From assembly GCF_006345805.1 (NCBI RefSeq), contig NC_042998.1:95480001-95544000 (forward strand): 64,000 nt of DNA, read 5' to 3'. The translations under genes and the position numbers were made by a program. This DNA comes from Octopus sinensis (lineage: Eukaryota). This document shows positions 37,651 through 50,175 of this stretch, piece by piece; positions within the stretch are counted from its first letter, which is position 1, and each line of letters begins with the position of its first letter. The notes beneath the pieces were generated by a model. It made no database searches, was not told the DNA's origin, and was given only the letters and a program-made list of their open reading frames with translations.

Positions 37651-38301
37651 CCAAAATAAGGTTCATTCGTGAGACATGAGAACAAAGAAGTGCAAACATT
37701 CACACTCTGTGTGTGGTTAACAAAAAAGACTGATAGAATAAGAATAAACGATGATGATGACTAAGAAGTGCCAAACTTAAAAAAACAATAAGTACTGGGA
37801 TTGATTTGTTCAGCTAAACCTTCCAAGGTAGTGCTCCAAACATGGCCGCTGCCTAGTGACTGAAATAAGCGAAAGATAAGATGCACACACACGTATATAC
37901 GCAAGATGGACTTCTTCCATTTTCAGTTCATCAAATCCATCCACAAGGTTTTGTTCGTTCTGAGGCAATAAATAGTAGCTGACACTTGTCCAAGGTGCAG
38001 TGCAATGGGACATGGCTTAGTGGTTAGGGTGTTGTTGCACCCATGATCACTCCTGATTTCAATTCCTAGACTGGGTGCTGCATTGTGTTCTTGAGGAAAA
38101 CTCATCTCGTGTAGCTCTGTGATTACTTCGATACCTGGCATTAGTGCACCTGTTTGGACAATGTCGATTTGATGAAGGGAGTGAGCCAATGTGCAGCACA
38201 TACATTTGATCACTATAAACAAATCATCTGTACAGGTCATTAGGCAAAAGCTGAACACTCATATGTTGTCTCTAGGAGAGTCCATGTGTGAGTGTATTCC
38301 T

Positions 38302-38498
38302 TTATTCTTTCATTTGTTTGTCATTTGATTGTGGCCATGCTGGAGCATTGGCTTTAGTCTAACAAATCGCCCCCAGGAATTCATCTTTGTAAGCCTAGTA
38401 CTTATTCTATTGGTCTCTTTGGCTGAACCACTAAGTTACTGGGATGTAAACACACCAACATCGATTGTCAAGTGATGGTGGTGGGGTGGAAAACACAT

Positions 38499-38560
<62 letters not shown>

Positions 38561-38714
38561 CGGACTTCTTTCAGTTTCCATCTACCAAATCTACTTATGG
38601 TTTTGATTGGCCTAAGGCTATAGTAGAAGACACTTGCCCTAGGTGCCACACAGAGGGACTGAACCCAGAACCATATGATTGGTAAGCAAGCTACTTACCA
38701 CACAGCCACTCCTA
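38302..38714 (-). mobile_element. Family A SINE, full length, CpG-decayed
   Basis: Complete head, core, (CA)n and tail. Confidence 0.88.
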
Positions 38715-38959
38715 AATGTCATTCATCAAAAGAAAATAATTGTAATTGAACTGTGAGCAATGTTATTTAATTGTATTGAATCTGTGAAGAAGTCATGCAT
38801 GAATATGGCTAGATGGTAATGGGTTAATGAGTTCCTTAATATATCTTAGGAGATCAAATTGATAAAATCTACTTCATGAGAAGTTCTGATAAAATAGCTT
38901 TCACAAAGCCCCGATTGATATTCACTAGTTTTTATATTTTTTATATTTTTATTGCTACT

Positions 38960-39728
38960 CCTGGCGCAAGAGTGGCTGTTTACCAACCACATTGTTCTGT
39001 ATGGCACCTTGGGCAAGTGTGTCCTACTATAGCCTTGAGCTGACCAAAGCCTTGTGAGTGGATTTGGTAGACAGAAATTGAAAGAAGCCTGTCGTATATC
39101 TCTCTATATATAAACGGCAGTTTGTCTGTGTATGTTTCTGTGTGTCTGTTTGCTTGTACCCTCACTCTGACCACGGCTTTCAACCGATTCTGATGAAACT
39201 TGACACACACATAGCCCAATGTCATAATTCAAAACTAACGCAGCGAAAATTTTGAAAAGTTCCCCCAGTTCTGAAAAAGATCGATAAATTCAACATGGGG
39301 TCGACAATCAGAAATACAAACCAGAGATGGTCATGGGGACGCAACTCGACCTTTTTAATTATCAAAAAAAATTTACCATCTTTTTTCCCCCATTTTTTTG
39401 CTATTTTTGGGCTATAACTCTCTAAAAAATCCTTTATAGTTATTTCCCTTACAAACCCGAGCAACGCCGGGCGATACTGCTAGTGTATATATATGTATAT
39501 ATTCACACACACACGTGTGTGTGTGTGTGTGTGCATATGTGTTTGTCCCCTCACCATCACTTGACAACCAATGTTGGTATGTTTACATCCCCATAACAAA
39601 ACTGTTCAACAAAAGAAACCAATGGAGTAAGTACTAGGCTTACAAAGAAAAAGTCCTGGTGTCAATTTGTTCAACTAAAGGCAGTGCTCCAGTATGACCG
39701 CAGTCAAAGGACTGAAACATAAAAGAAG
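38960..39728 (+). mobile_element. Family A SINE interrupted by a Helitron
   Basis: Head/core 38960-39098, tail 39484-39728. Confidence 0.85.
39099..39483 (+). mobile_element. Non-autonomous Helitron
   Basis: A|TC 5' end, subterminal hairpin cccgagcaacgccggg, CTAG|T 3' end, no TSD. Confidence 0.85.
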
Positions 39729-41009
39729 AAAAAAGGATAGAATAGTGGCTGCTGTTCCTCAGAGCTAGCTGGACCCATAACCTCCTTGTCTCGTGTCCCT
39801 TACTAACTCATCTCTCTACTCTCTCACCCGTGTCCCCAATTTTGCACTAAAAATACTCAGAGTATTAACACTACCACATCCCCAGAATCTTAAATTTTTT
39901 GCCAATGTTTACCTGCAACAATCTAAACAGCATCATCGTCACCAATTTATAAAATCTTGCAAAAGTCAGGGGCTCTCTCCCTTCCAGACACCAGTTAAAA
40001 CAATGAAAGAAGTCTTCACTAGTCATATCTAGTTGGTTTTAATGTAATATTTGAGTTCAAAATGTAATGTGACTAGTTTACGAGAGACAGTAGTAAGGTA
40101 GTTGTAGTTGCTTGGTTTAGTTTAACTCAAGGCTAGATAAAAAGAAGAAAAAAGTTTTTTGTTTTTGAAATTGGCTTGGATTGAAAAATTAGTTTGCTGT
40201 GTGTGTGTGTGTGTGTGTATGAATAGACTAGACCACCTTTTGAGAAAAGGTTACTATTTGCTGTTAGCTGGTTGTCAACTTGTCAATGACTTTTACAGTC
40301 AGCAATGGCTGACACGTTGCCATTAAATGCAATTGGACACATTTAAATCAGCAGCTTTTGGGATCTCTCCAGTTGCTTTTGAAAAACAAAAACAATAGAA
40401 TAAAAACGTAGGGGGGAAAAAATTACAATGTAAACATGTGGTCTGTGTTATACACTAAATTTTCTCAGTTACACAAGAGCAAATATTTCTCCCAGGTGGT
40501 GGTGATGTGATGAAGTAAATAAATAAATGATTGACGTGCTGTTTTAATTATTAAGTATTCGTGTGAAACTATTTCTAAATAATATCAATGGAGTGGGGGA
40601 ATTATGTAAAATAAAGTTAATACTTTTTAGATCTTTTGTAGCTTGTATTCTCAATGTAATAGATTTTAAATGTTTATAAAATATGTAAATTCCTATAATG
40701 ATTCTATTTCGGAGCTAAGGAAAAATCATTTCCATTGTAACAGCTATTTCTAATGATTTTAAGAAATAACATTGCTAACATATTTAAAAGATAGTAGGTC
40801 TCGCTTAAATCGTTTAGGTAGTCTTTTTCATATATATGTAATTACATGTGTACATATGTAGTATATATATATTTATATAATGTGTGTGCGTGCAGGAATA
40901 GCTGTGGATAAAAAAACTTGTTTCCCAACCATGTGGCTCATCCCACTATACATTTTTTCCAAATGTTTTCTAGTATAGCCTTAGGCTATGTCTTGTTTCA
41001 AGTCATTTG

Positions 41010-41300
41010 ACTGTAGCCATGATGGAGCACTTTAAAGAACCTTTGTTGGATGAATCAACCCCGTCCCAGTAGTTATTTTTTAAACCTGATACTTATTCTA
41101 TTAGTCTGTTAAGTTATGGGGATGTAAATGCACCAACACAGGTTGTGAAGCAGTGGTAGGGGACAAACACATGCACAACTAGCTTCTTTCAGGTTCTGTC
41201 TACCGAATCCACTCGCAAAGCTTTGGTTGGCTTAAGGCTATAGTAGAAGACACTTATCGAAGGTGCCACACAATAGCAAGCTTCTTATCACACAACCATG

Positions 41301-41305
<5 letters not shown>
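41010..41305 (-). mobile_element. Family A SINE, degraded; opposite-strand head fragment at ~40890-40990
   Basis: Tail and core motifs. Confidence 0.7.
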
Positions 41306-41348
<43 letters not shown>

Positions 41349-41596
41349 GGTTGACTAATTTGACTAAAACTTAAGGTGGTGTTCCAGCATAGCTGTAGTC
41401 CAATGAAAGAAACAAAAGATTATATATTTATAAATGCACATGCATGTGTATGCACACATCATTCTACATGTGCACATATAATTATATAGAATGATTTAAG
41501 TTTTGTACACTAGAACCAGTATGTTGAACTCCATATGCATTATTATTAATAAAACTTATGATGTAACCAAATTTTTGAACAAACTCATTTTATTTG

Positions 41597-41694
<98 letters not shown>

Positions 41695-41769
41695 TATATA
41701 TATACACATACATGAACATATGGACCAACAAAGAGCCTTTGCATATGCACTCAACATGCAGGAAATATC

Positions 41770-44731
41770 ATCATTGTAGTTTAACATCCACTTTCCATCT
41801 GCTTTCCATGCTGGCATGAGTTGGACGGTTTGACTGAGAACTGGCAAGCTGGGAGGCTGCATCAGGCTCCACTCTGATTTGGCAGGGTTTCTACACTTGG
41901 ATGCCCTTCCTAATGCCAGTCAGGCTGCATCGCCCTCAGCTACGCTGAATGGTGATTTTTATGTCCCAACAACATGGGTGTCAGTCAGGAAGCCCTGACA
42001 TGACTATGATTTCACTTGGTTCAACAGGTCTTCACAAGCATGGCATATTGCCTAATGATTAAAGGGTGCTTTTAAATGGGCCATTTATGCAACACTGGCA
42101 TCTTCTGCCCACTTGTCATTTCCTCTGTGAAGTCCAATGTTCAAAGTTCATGCTTCACCACCTCATCTCAAGTCTTCCTGGGTCTACCTCTTCAACAGGT
42201 TCCTTCCACTGTTGGGGTGTGACACATCTTCACACAGTTGTCCTCATATCACATGACCATACCAGTGCAGTCATCTCTCGCACACTACATCTGATGCTTC
42301 AACTTTTCTCTCAGGACACTTCCACTCTGTATGCACGCTGACATCACACTTCCAGTGGAGCATACAAGCTTCATTTCTTTCAAGCTTACACATGTCACAG
42401 CCCATGTTTCATTGCTGTGTGACATAGCTGTTTGAACACAAGCAAAATACAGTCAGTCTACCTTTTACTCTGAGTGAGAGGCCTTTTGTTATGAGTAGAG
42501 GTAGGGGGTCTCCAAACTTTGCCCATGCTATTCTTATTCTAGCAGCTACGCTCTCGGAGCATCCATCCCCACTACTGACTTTGATCACCTAGGTAATGGA
42601 AGCTTTCAACTACTTCTAGTTTTCCCCCTGGCATATGATGGAATCTGTATTCTGTACATCTTTGGTATTTATTGCACCTGTGCATCTTCCACACAAAAAA
42701 AACTATTTTCCCAGATAAGCGTCCTTTAGTATTGCTGCACCATTTCGGTGTCCATATCTTACACCGGGTACATGCCTTTTCTACACATTGAGCAAGGCCA
42801 TCTACCTGAAGGGGTTTGCAATTTGTCTGCCTTCCTACTTACTAAGACTTGGTTTGTGCTAGATTTACTCTAAGGCCCTTTGATTCTAGACCTTGCTTCC
42901 ATAATTGAAACTTCTCTAGTTCTGGCAGTGACTCAGCTATTGGAGCAATGTCACTCGCATAGAGGAGCTCCCAGGGATAGCCTGTCTTAAATTCCTGTGT
43001 TATTGCCTGGAGGACTATGATGAACAAGAGGGGGCTGAGCACCGATCCTTGGTGAAATTCTACCCAGAACTCTTAGCCATACTCCTTGTCAACCTTCACT
43101 TTACTGACAGCATCCCTGTCGATGGCTTGTAAACTCTCTCCCTAATTCGTTGGGCTATGACCCTCTCTGACTTTCGTCACCTGATCCTACAATTTGATAG
43201 CTCTATTTCTATAATACATCACCTTTACCTTTGTAGCAGTTGACTATGGTGCTGTTACACCAGTCATTGGGTATGACTCCTTCATGTTTCACCTGATGGA
43301 CTATACAGGTGACTAGACTATAGCCCACACCCAGACATTTTAAGCATCTCAGCAGTGATTCCCGATGTGGTGGGGGCTTTCCCTGCCTTCTTACCCTTAA
43401 TTGCTTATCTACCAACGGTACTGTCAATTTGAATAGCTGGTCCCCCTGTTGGGTTGACATTTGGCAGACTCTTTCACCCACTCATTCTCTTCATTTAGCA
43501 ACCAACCTTGTATCGTGGTGTCTCCAAGTTGCTCTTTTTGCAGCATCATTAAACGCAAGTGAACTGTCATCCATGTGGACATATTTCTCTCCTATGGCAT
43601 TATGATTCTCTCTCACACTCTGTCTTGCAATAGAAAACACTTGAAATCTCTAGTTCTCACAACACAGAACATTGGCAAATTTTTACTTATCTGCTACCTC
43701 TCTGGCTAAGTAAACCCGTGTCTCCTAGCTTCACTTCTGGCGATCTGCTACAGTTCCCTGCTACCACCACACACCTTCAGTCCTTCCATGCCTGCTTCTT
43801 TTCCCTAATGGCCCTTCTTTTCCCATGTCACCTTAGGTCAAGTGGGGACTTTGCATCAGCCACAGACCTGGTCAGTAGCCCTCAACCGGCTGTCCTGTAA
43901 GAACCCCCAATTGTCCTCCACATTGTGATGCTATATCCTCTTTTTCATCAAAACCCTGTCCATTCAGAGGATCCTTAAGCTTCCAGACCCTTTTTTCCCC
44001 ACACTGGTCATCTTCTGGGCAGCCATTTAGTCTTGATCCTGATGTCACTAACTACTAACCTATGTTGTGGGATGCATTCTTCACCTGGGAATGTTTTGGC
44101 ATTTATAAGTAGCCATCTTTCTTGTTTCCTGGTGAGAATGTAGTCAATCTGTCTAGTGTGCCCATCAGACTGGTAGGTGAACAGGTGACTGGCTGGTTTC
44201 CTGAAGATGGTATTACAGACCATAAGATCATTTGCATCACAGAACTCCAGCAGCCTGGTTCCCTCCTCCTTGCAGGAACCAAATCCTTTGCCACCATGTA
44301 CACCATAGAAGTTCTCTGGATGTTGTCCAACATGCCCATTGAAGTCCCCAGCCATGAAGAGAAGGTCCCTGTCATTCATCAACAAGGTGGTCTGCAAGAG
44401 GGTGTCATGAAATCGTTCTTTCTGTTCATCAGATAGCCCTGGCTGAAGGGCACAGGCCAAGATAATTGTTGCTAATCCATGTTGCAGACTCTGACTACCT
44501 CGATTACCTTATCAATCCATTTCTCAGCAAGGAGTATATCCACACCCTCAACCCCATCAGTGTTACCTTCCCAGAAAGTCTTATACCTATGTTCTTTGCC
44601 TGTGAGAAACCTAGAACTTCCTCTCCACCCTACAGCACAAATCTACTCATCTCCATTCAAGCATCTGAACCATCTCACCAGACCTGCTTTCCACAAATTA
44701 CTGTCTGAACGGGAAGGGACGGACATTCAAT
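41770..44731 (-). mobile_element. RTE-clade LINE, near full length, dead, antisense in the innexin intron
   Basis: APE endonuclease (SGEMVQMLE..VDLC; MAGDFNGHVG; NTIFRK; RQIDYILTR; HRLVVSD) and RT fragments (LSPLLFIIVLQAIT; WELLYASD; IPNDWCNSTIVNCYKGKGD), plus RTE tail. Many stops, frameshifts and deletions. Confidence 0.92.
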
Positions 44732-45221
44732 AATAAAATATGCTCTATTTGAGAAGCATGCTACTGCTAAAATGCTTTTGCCTTCCTCCAGTGCAAAAAT
44801 CTAAGCTACATAATCTATATCTATAAAAAGCCATGTCACTACAAAAATGTGATCTTCAAAATAGCTTGTTATTAGCTAGTTATATTAGAATTTTAAAATA
44901 TTTAAATTAACTTGATAAATATTTATTTCATATACCATTCATGACAGGTGGTGAGTATATTTCTTTTTTATTTTTTACTTGTTTTTAAAAAAAATTAATT
45001 TTTCTTAAATTTAAAAACAAAAATTTTTAATCAAATTTGTAAAAGAAAATGTTTCAGTATATTTTGCATAAATATTCTTTTATGCTTGTAACTATTACAT
45101 ATCAACGGTTGATTGTACATTTTTCCTACATAAATGTTTGCCGTTTGATTATTGTTGATTATTTATCAGATGTGATTATAGCTCAGAAATATTAATTTGC
45201 TTTGTTTTTCTTTCATTACAG

Positions 45222-46386
45222 GGTGTGGGGTGTGTTCGGATCTTTCTCCACCTTCTCCCGTCTAACTTCAGCAGCCAATGATGACTGGGTTGATCGCATG
45301 AGCCATATATACTCATCGGTTGTCCTTGTTCTCTTTGCAATAGTAGTCACTACAGGCCAGTTGGTTGGTGACCCAATACACTGTTGGTGCCCAGCCCAAT
45401 TCACAGGAGCATATGTTGCCTATACCAAATGGATATGCTGGATTTCAAATACTTACTATATTCCAATGTCAGACACGATTCCTGTTAATATTAATGAAAG
45501 AGAAGACAGACAATTAACATATTACCAGTGGGTGCCTTTAATTCTTCTTTTTCAAGCTCTTTTGTTTAAAGCCCCAAATTTGCTCTGGAGAATTCTTCAT
45601 GGCACCTCAGGCGTTAATTTAGACAAGCTTTGTGAATTAGCAGAGAAGACTCAATATGGTTCACCTGATGATCGCAAAAAAACTATCGAGCACATAGCAT
45701 ATTTCATGGATCGTTGGCTTGATTCTAATCGTATTTACCATTGTAATTTTGTTGTGAAAACTCGCCAAAAGTTTGCCAAAATTTGCTGCTGCTTCTGTGG
45801 TAAACGTGAAGGAACATATTTATCTGGTCTTTATCTCACTATTAAAGTCTTATATCTTGTAAATATCATTGGACAGTTCTTTATGTTAAACAGTTTTCTA
45901 TCAACTGATTTTGGCATCTATGGTTTCCAAGTGATGCAACACTTCAACGAATATGGTGCTTTTAAAGAATCACCACTATTTCCACGAGTCACTTTGTGTG
46001 ATTTCAGTATTCGACAAATGACTAATCTGCAACGATTTACTGTCCAATGTGTCTTGCCTATTAACCTGTTCAATGAAAAGATTTTTATTTTCCTTTGGTT
46101 CTGGTTTGTTTTTGTGGCCGTTTTAGCTTCAGCAAACATGATAAGTTGGCTCTATTACATGATTTACCGACGTAACAATGCAGCATACGTTAAGAAATAC
46201 TTGAAACTTTCAGCTACTCCACTAATCAATAACGATAAAAAACAATATAGAAACTTCGCAGATAACTATTTACGCAATGATGGAGTCTTTGTCTTAAGAG
46301 TAATAGGTAAAAATTCAACTGATCTAGTCTTGACAGATTTGGTGAAACAGTTATGGAAGATTTTCAAAGAGAAGCCAACTAGTTAA
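45222..46386 (+). CDS. inx: Innexin (unc-9-like gap junction protein), main coding exon; ~388 aa if the ATG is completed by an upstream exon
   Basis: Uninterrupted ORF with innexin motifs: DDWVDRMSH, EL1 IHCWCPAQFT...WICW, YYQWVP, EL2 FPRVTLCDF and VQCVLPINLFNEKIFIFLWFW, C-terminal YLRNDGVFVLR...LWKIF, and four hydrophobic segments. Preceded by a pyrimidine tract and acceptor (tttgtttttctttcattacag|G, AG at 45220-45221). Symbol is family-level only. Confidence 0.95.
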
Positions 46387-49316
46387 GAATGCTTCCTTTA
46401 AATGAAGCAATCACTTTAAATTGTAAATGCAAACCAATAATTTCAATAAAGGAACCCCACCAAACAGTTTGATATTTATAATAGTTGTAAACTTCTATTT
46501 CAAGGCAATCTGCAGAAATTTTCTGACACTTCCAAAAATATATCTAAAAATTTTTAACCTTAACTAGTATTCATTTGTTTCTTAAATAAATAAATTTGAA
46601 ATTAGTTTCATAGTTTTATATCACAAGACTGTTCTTCCATATTCAAAGAACTGTTAGTAATTTCTGTAGTTGCCATTTTATATACTCAGCTTATCAGATT
46701 TTCCTGTTATGTAAAATCCTCTGTAGTGTTCCATAATATTCTATGTTGATATTTTTTCCATTTCATTTAGTGAAAAAAAATCAAAAAAAGTAGAACTTTT
46801 TTTTAAAATTTTTGTCTCATTGCATGATTTCACTTTGTGTTTTTTTCCTTCTATTCATTTTTTCCATACCAATTTATGTATTTTGAATTAAGACATTTAT
46901 ACATTACATATTCCAACTAAGGCATTTATTAATATCCATTTGTACTTGTAGAGTGTAGTATAATACTATGCATAAAAATTGTGGTGTATATTCTATTAAG
47001 CTGCTATCTAAAGCATAATTTTAGAATATAAAACTGTTGTGATAAACCTTCATCAAGTTACTGATTCTTTTTTTTTCTTTCTCTCCACTGGTCATACATT
47101 TTTAAAAATAAAATATCGGTAGTCCATTTTTAAAAAATATATTTTTGGGACTATTTGCAGGATATGCAACATCGATCCATTGTGTGAATTATTAAATTTT
47201 TATTCATAGTGGTTTTGATTTTTTTTTTTTTTTTTTCCTGGTAAAAGAATTAGAAACTCCCTTCTCATTTGTAGCTGGTATCTAGCTCAAAATTTCCATA
47301 ATAATTATCAGTGTTTTTAATCTTTTCATTTGAGATCAACAGACCAAAGAATACATTTTACCCTTCTCCAGTAATTTGTTGGTGTAAGAAATGTCATTTT
47401 CACATAACCTGTCTGAAATATCCTGTACCTTCATTTATCATCATGTTTAATTTGAAACACACAGTGCTATGGCTTTGCTGAGCACTGCAACAATTTGTGT
47501 AATTTCTGGGGACTTGTATATTAAATTGTGGTTTTTTTTTTGTTTGTTTACTAGTTTTTCAGTTGGTTGATTCATGTCTTTGCTATTATGCAAAATACTT
47601 GTAAAGTTAACTAGCTTATGTATAAGCTATATCTAACTTGGAATAGTTGGGCATTTGTCCTAGCTTTGCAGTATCTGACACATTCCATTTTGGGATAATG
47701 TGTATCTAATAAAAAGACTACATTACTATATATTCTACTATAGTTATTTGTGACAATACAATCATCTTATCAAATCTAAAGATTTGCTAACCCCATCCCT
47801 TTTGTGTTTCCAGCTGGGTTGTCAACATCCAGTCTCATCACGCAAAACTAGTTTACTGCTGTTTGTTACAAATCACCTATTTCCGGGTTATATTTCCCAC
47901 CCCACATTCCATTAGCTGGAAATGAATGGAACCATTAAAAGAGCATTTAACACTTGGTTAAATGAATATTATACAAGTTTTCAATTTTAAAAACTTTTTT
48001 AATGTTTAAAACTGGAACAATTAGCTTAGTCTGTGTAATAATGTCTTCATAATGTACAAGAAATTGTATGCATATCTGTTTCATTGAACTCCTTTACAAG
48101 ACACTTTCCCTTGTACATTATTACCCGTCCAAATATCTTTATTTTTGTAAAGAATTGTTCCTTATCTTCATTCCTCTTAAAATATATATATATAGCTGTG
48201 ACTGGTGAAATCTCACTATTTCTGTAATGATTTGGGCTGGATGAGGGACCAATTTTGTAAAGTAAACTGTAATTTTGTATTAATAAAAGATTTAAGAACA
48301 TTTTTTGCCTTTGTATTGTTCTATGTGTTGTGCTTTTATTACAGATATTATGTTGTTTGCACTAGAGGCACCTTGCACAAATGTATTCTGCTCTAGCCCC
48401 ACGTCGACCAATGCCTTGTGAGTGAATTTGGTGGAAGCACATCTTGTGTGTTTGTATTCTCCATCTCTTGACAATTGGTGTTGGTTTGTTCATGTTCTAG
48501 CATAATGGTCTGTCTGATAATGTAAGCACCAGGTTTAAAAAAGAAGGGTTTGACTAAACCCTTCAAAGTGGTGCCTCAGCATGGCCACAATCCAATGACC
48601 AACAAATTGAATATAAAAGAATGTTGCTTTTTATTGATTTTTTTTTATTTTTAAAGGAGCTAACTGAATTTTAAATAATTGCAGAGGGAAATTACTCCCT
48701 TTAATGTGCAAGAAAAGTTGCCAAAGTTTTTCATTCCTCCTGTCCTTCTGTGGGGAGTGTGTAATCAGCTACATCAGTCAGAATCCTTACATTTTAGATT
48801 TGTCAAAGCTTTACTCTTCCGTAACTTCTATTGAACCAACAAAGGATCTTTTGAGGGGACCGATTGTCGTTCTAACTTGTTTTACTCAGCCATATATTAC
48901 ATATGTGTGCTAGCATATGCACAGACAAAATTGTTACTGATAAAAGTGCTCTCTTTCGTGTCTGCATATAAATTTTTTTTTCTTTTGTAAATGGTAAAAT
49001 GGAACAGTCAACTTATACTTACAACATTTGTAAGTTTTTTAGTTTTCATGTTGGTTTTTGTCTCAGCCTTGGTCAATACACTACGTTAGTTTGGTAGTCT
49101 GCTTTGGATAGCAATTGTTATTATTAATATAAAACCTTCAATTTTCTATTAAAATTGTCATCTGATCTAATTCTGTCGAAGCCTTTACTGTTGGTTTCTG
49201 TTCATATAAATATGGCATTTTGTGCCAGCAAAAATTGCATTCACACATTTTGCTTATTAAGGATTTTTTAAAACCTTATTTTCAACCCTTAGTTGTAATT
49301 ATACAACTGTTTGTCA

Positions 49317-49359
<43 letters not shown>

Positions 49360-49830
49360 TTTAACAACCATGTTTCCTGGACCAACTTGATATACATTTA
49401 ACTAACATCACTATTCTTAAGACTGCTGAACTGATATATATATATATATATATATAATATTATGTGTATGTGTGTCAGCTGAAAGTGATTAATTGGGCAT
49501 ATGTCGTTGCTAACACTAATGGCTACCAAAGTGTAAATATGTATTCTAGAGTAGTTTCTTTTAACTCTAAACACCTAAATACATTTAGAAAGGCTTGTGT
49601 ATATCTGACTAAACATGTTTTTCATTTAATATAAATATATATACACATATATGAATGATTGGCAGAATCGACCTCAAAATTGCCTTATGGTGGTATATAT
49701 CTCTTCTGAGTTTACATCTTATATGAGTCAACTTTGTTCCCTGTTCTTACAAAGTCGACAAAGTGTCAAGCTGAAGAAATTTGATTAACTATACTTGAAT
49801 ATTCGAATTATGTTTTTGATGTTAGAAATG

Positions 49831-49848
49831 AATAAAGACTGCAATAAA
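49831..49848 (+). terminator. Tandem AATAAA poly(A) signals, candidate distal end of the innexin 3' UTR
   Basis: AATAAA at 49831 and 49843, at the end of a mostly repeat-poor 3.4-kb stretch after the stop and near the edge of the CpG-depleted domain. Proximal AATAAA at 46445. Confidence 0.4.
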
Positions 49849-49951
49849 AGAGAGATTCAGTACATTAAAATATTTAGTTAGGTTTCACGTTCAAATTCTC
49901 TGATACCGAAAGTAAAGGTCAAGGGAATAACTTATGGATTATAATTTAAAC

Positions 49952-50175
49952 CAGTGGTTTCCAACCATTAAAAAATTTTTTTTTGCCCCTTTGATAACTA
50001 TTTTACTCGGAAGGACCTCCATAACCATTCTATGTTTCTAGGATCCTATTGGTAAAATTAAATATTATTTGGAATTATATAAAACATTTAAAATATTTTG
50101 CATATTGTTTAATCAACTTAATAGACATAAATTTTGACAACAAAATCTTTTGTGGACCCAAGTTGAGTACCACTA
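49952..50175. mobile_element. hAT-type MITE
   Basis: CAGTGGTTTCCAAC ... GTTGAGTACCACTA imperfect TIRs; 8-bp TSD atttaaac/atttaaat. Confidence 0.75.

Noticed and set aside
45202-45221. ORF-track start MFFFHYR for the innexin
   Set aside because: The start codon is TTG inside the intronic pyrimidine tract and acceptor.
46384-46401. Stop-codon readthrough or editing of TAA to extend the innexin (ECFL*)
   Set aside because: TAA-G is a poor readthrough context, it adds only a few residues, and there is no supporting evidence.
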